Source of the DNA: Chloroflexota bacterium
GTDB taxonomy: Bacteria; Chloroflexota; Anaerolineae; Ardenticatenales; JAADHH01
DNA: 57,748 bases
Assembly (NCBI GenBank): GCA_013151955.1
Contig: JAADHH010000140.1
Coordinates: 1 to 57,748 of the forward strand
Direction of reading: 5' to 3'
Position numbers and translations under genes: made by a program. This document shows positions 56,347 through 57,748 of the stretch, piece by piece. Within the stretch, counting starts at the first letter, position 1, and every line of letters starts with the position of its first letter. A model generated the notes under the pieces. It was not told where the DNA came from, made no database searches, and was given only the letters and a program-made list of their open reading frames with translations.

Positions 56347-56375
56347 AGTATACTCCAATTCTTGGTCTCTTGCAA
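56347..56375 (-). promoter_or_regulatory. sigma70-type promoter of the macrodomain gene
   Basis: TTGCAA-N17-TATACT. Confidence 0.65.
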
Positions 56376-56405
56376 ACCGGCGAATCACAGCGCCGTGGAG
56401 AACGT

Positions 56406-56434
56406 TTGCCAGATCAGGGGAATGATGATATAAT
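56406..56434 (+). promoter_or_regulatory. sigma70-type promoter of pheS
   Basis: TTGCCA-N17-TATAAT with TG extension. Confidence 0.75.
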
Positions 56435-56554
56435 CGCCACGTTGTACTGGCGCTGAATCAAAAGGAAAAGAGATGTTGGCGGGGTTCCCCAACTGCGAAC
56501 TTGTGCCTGATTGACCGGGCCGGCGCAGTCTTTTTTGGGCGAAGGAGGGTTGCT

Positions 56555-57580
56555 GTGCTTGAGCACTTGGCTGACCTGCAACGAGAGGCATTGCAAAAGC
56601 TCGCCGCAGTGGAGCAAATAGATCAGTTAGAATCGTGGCGCATTGCCTACCTGGGCAAAAAGGGCGCACTGACCAAAGCCTTGCGTAGCCTGGGCAGCCT
56701 GCCGCCGGAAGAAAGACCGGTCGCCGGAAAAAAAGCGAACGAACTGAAACAGGTGCTGGAGGCAGCATTTGAGACGCGGCACGAATCGCTCCGCGCTGCC
56801 GCCATCGAAGCGGACCTGGCCACAGGGGCTCTGGACGTGACCTTGCCCGGGCGCAAGCCGGCGCTGGGCCGCTTGCATCCGAGCACGCAAATCCTGCGCG
56901 AAATCACGGCCGTCTTCGCCGAAATGGGGTTCCAGGTCTATCGTAGTCGCGATGTGGAATTGGACGAATACAACTTTCGCCTCTTGAACATTCCCCCACA
57001 CCATCCGGCACGGGACATGCAAGATACGTTCTATGTAGACGAAGAGGTCTTGCTGCGCACACAAACCTCGCCGGGGCAGATTCACGCCATGCGCGAGTAC
57101 GCACCAGACCCCATCCGCATCATTCTGCCGGGGATGTGTTACCGCTATGAGCAAATCACAGCCCGCTCCGAGATCCAGTTCAATCAGGTGGAAGGATTGG
57201 CGGTGGGCCACAACATCACCATGGCCGACTTGAAAGGTACGCTCGTCAACTTCACACGCCGTATGTTTGGCGAAGAAAGGCGACTCCGTTTCCGGTGTAG
57301 CCACTTCCCTTTCACGGAGCCGAGCGTGGAGGTGGACATGGACTGCATTGCTTGCCAGGGCAAAGGATGCCGCCTCTGCAAACAGAGCGGCTGGTTGGAG
57401 ATTCTGGGTGCCGGCATGGTCCATCCGGTGGTCTTGCGCAATGGGGGCTACGACCCGGACGTTTACACCGGCTTCGCCTTTGGCATAGGGCCGGAACGCA
57501 TCGCCATGCTCAAGTACCGCATCGACGATATCCGCTATTTTTGGGCGAACGATTTGCGTTTCCTCGAGCAATTTGGATAG
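56555..57580 (+). CDS. pheS: Phenylalanine-tRNA ligase alpha subunit
   Basis: YLGKKG, DVTLPG, HPARDMQDTFY, LRTQTSP, FPFTEPS, GFAFGIG.ER; GTG start after AAGGAGG. Confidence 0.98.
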   Translation: MLEHLADLQREALQKLAAVEQIDQLESWRIAYLGKKGALTKALRSLGSLPPEERPVAGKKANELKQVLEAAFETRHESLRAAAIEADLATGALDVTLPGRKPALGRLHPSTQILREITAVFAEMGFQVYRSRDVELDEYNFRLLNIPPHHPARDMQDTFYVDEEVLLRTQTSPGQIHAMREYAPDPIRIILPGMCYRYEQITARSEIQFNQVEGLAVGHNITMADLKGTLVNFTRRMFGEERRLRFRCSHFPFTEPSVEVDMDCIACQGKGCRLCKQSGWLEILGAGMVHPVVLRNGGYDPDVYTGFAFGIGPERIAMLKYRIDDIRYFWANDLRFLEQFG

Positions 57581-57600
57581 ATCAAAAGAAAAGGAACAAA

Positions 57601-57728
57601 AGAAGTTCAATTTCTCCGAGAAGTTGAACTTCTAGCAGTTTGTCGGAGAAAGAATAAATGGGACGTAACTACTCAGTCTTTAGGTGCCAGGCACTTGTGA
57701 AGGCCCTCTCGCTTGAACGTGACAAGGC
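57601..57728. repeat. Stacked repeats: 33-bp palindrome (57601-57633), CTAG-element end (from 57632) and the 64-bp GTAACTACTCAG unit (57665-57728)
   Basis: Each part matches another copy in the window (10883; 18380-18398 reverse complement; 12066-12129 reverse complement). Confidence 0.85.
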
Positions 57729-57748
57729 ATGTAGACGAATGTTGGCTT

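Noticed and set aside
56441-56554. T-box riboswitch upstream of pheS
   Set aside because: The leader is only about 115 nt and lacks a GGTGGNACCGCG-like T-box sequence
101-57627. Many long overlapping or antisense ORFs (e.g. 101-1294, 32494-33795, 36326-37684, 56627-57610)
   Set aside because: Shadow frames of well-supported genes in GC-rich DNA, with no motifs of their own

Overview
A GC-rich bacterial window, most likely from a Chloroflexota (Anaerolineae-like) genome; the taxonomy is inferred from protein-domain style and repeat families, not from a marker gene. About 50 kb is a monoderm/Firmicutes-type flagellar supercluster in two divergent arms. The left arm (minus strand) runs: GH-A hydrolase, flgC, fliE, fliF, fliG, fliH, fliI, fliJ, lytic transglycosylase, flgB, hemerythrin-like gene, fliK, flgD, TIGR02530-like gene, flgE, second FliK-like gene, FlhB-C-like gene, and a large two-domain GH-A protein. 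The right arm (plus strand) runs: flbD, motAB, fliLMNOPQR, flhBAFG, PilZ brake, fliA, SwrB-like gene, LPXTG protein, flgFG, flgMNKL, fliW, csrA. No flgA/H/I/J, flagellin, fliD/S or che genes are visible. An 8 kb envelope insert separates the arms (two GT-C-type glycosyltransferases, CNNM/CorC, truncated glmU, His-tailed secreted protein). Housekeeping genes follow (rimI, tsaB, tsaE, ABC substrate-binding protein, macrodomain protein, pheS). The most notable observations are: (1) three homologous clan GH-A hydrolase domains in the first and last genes of the left arm, one lacking a Sec signal and sitting where flgB normally is; (2) an identically spaced four-box, 11-bp-period motif plus -10 element in front of three flagellar transcription units, a candidate site for an unknown master regulator; (3) a lipobox on FliP and a sortase-type protein coupled to flgF; (4) several nested non-autonomous repeat families, including a CTAG-ended element whose ends coincide with stop codons. 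No CRISPR array, tRNA or rRNA was seen.
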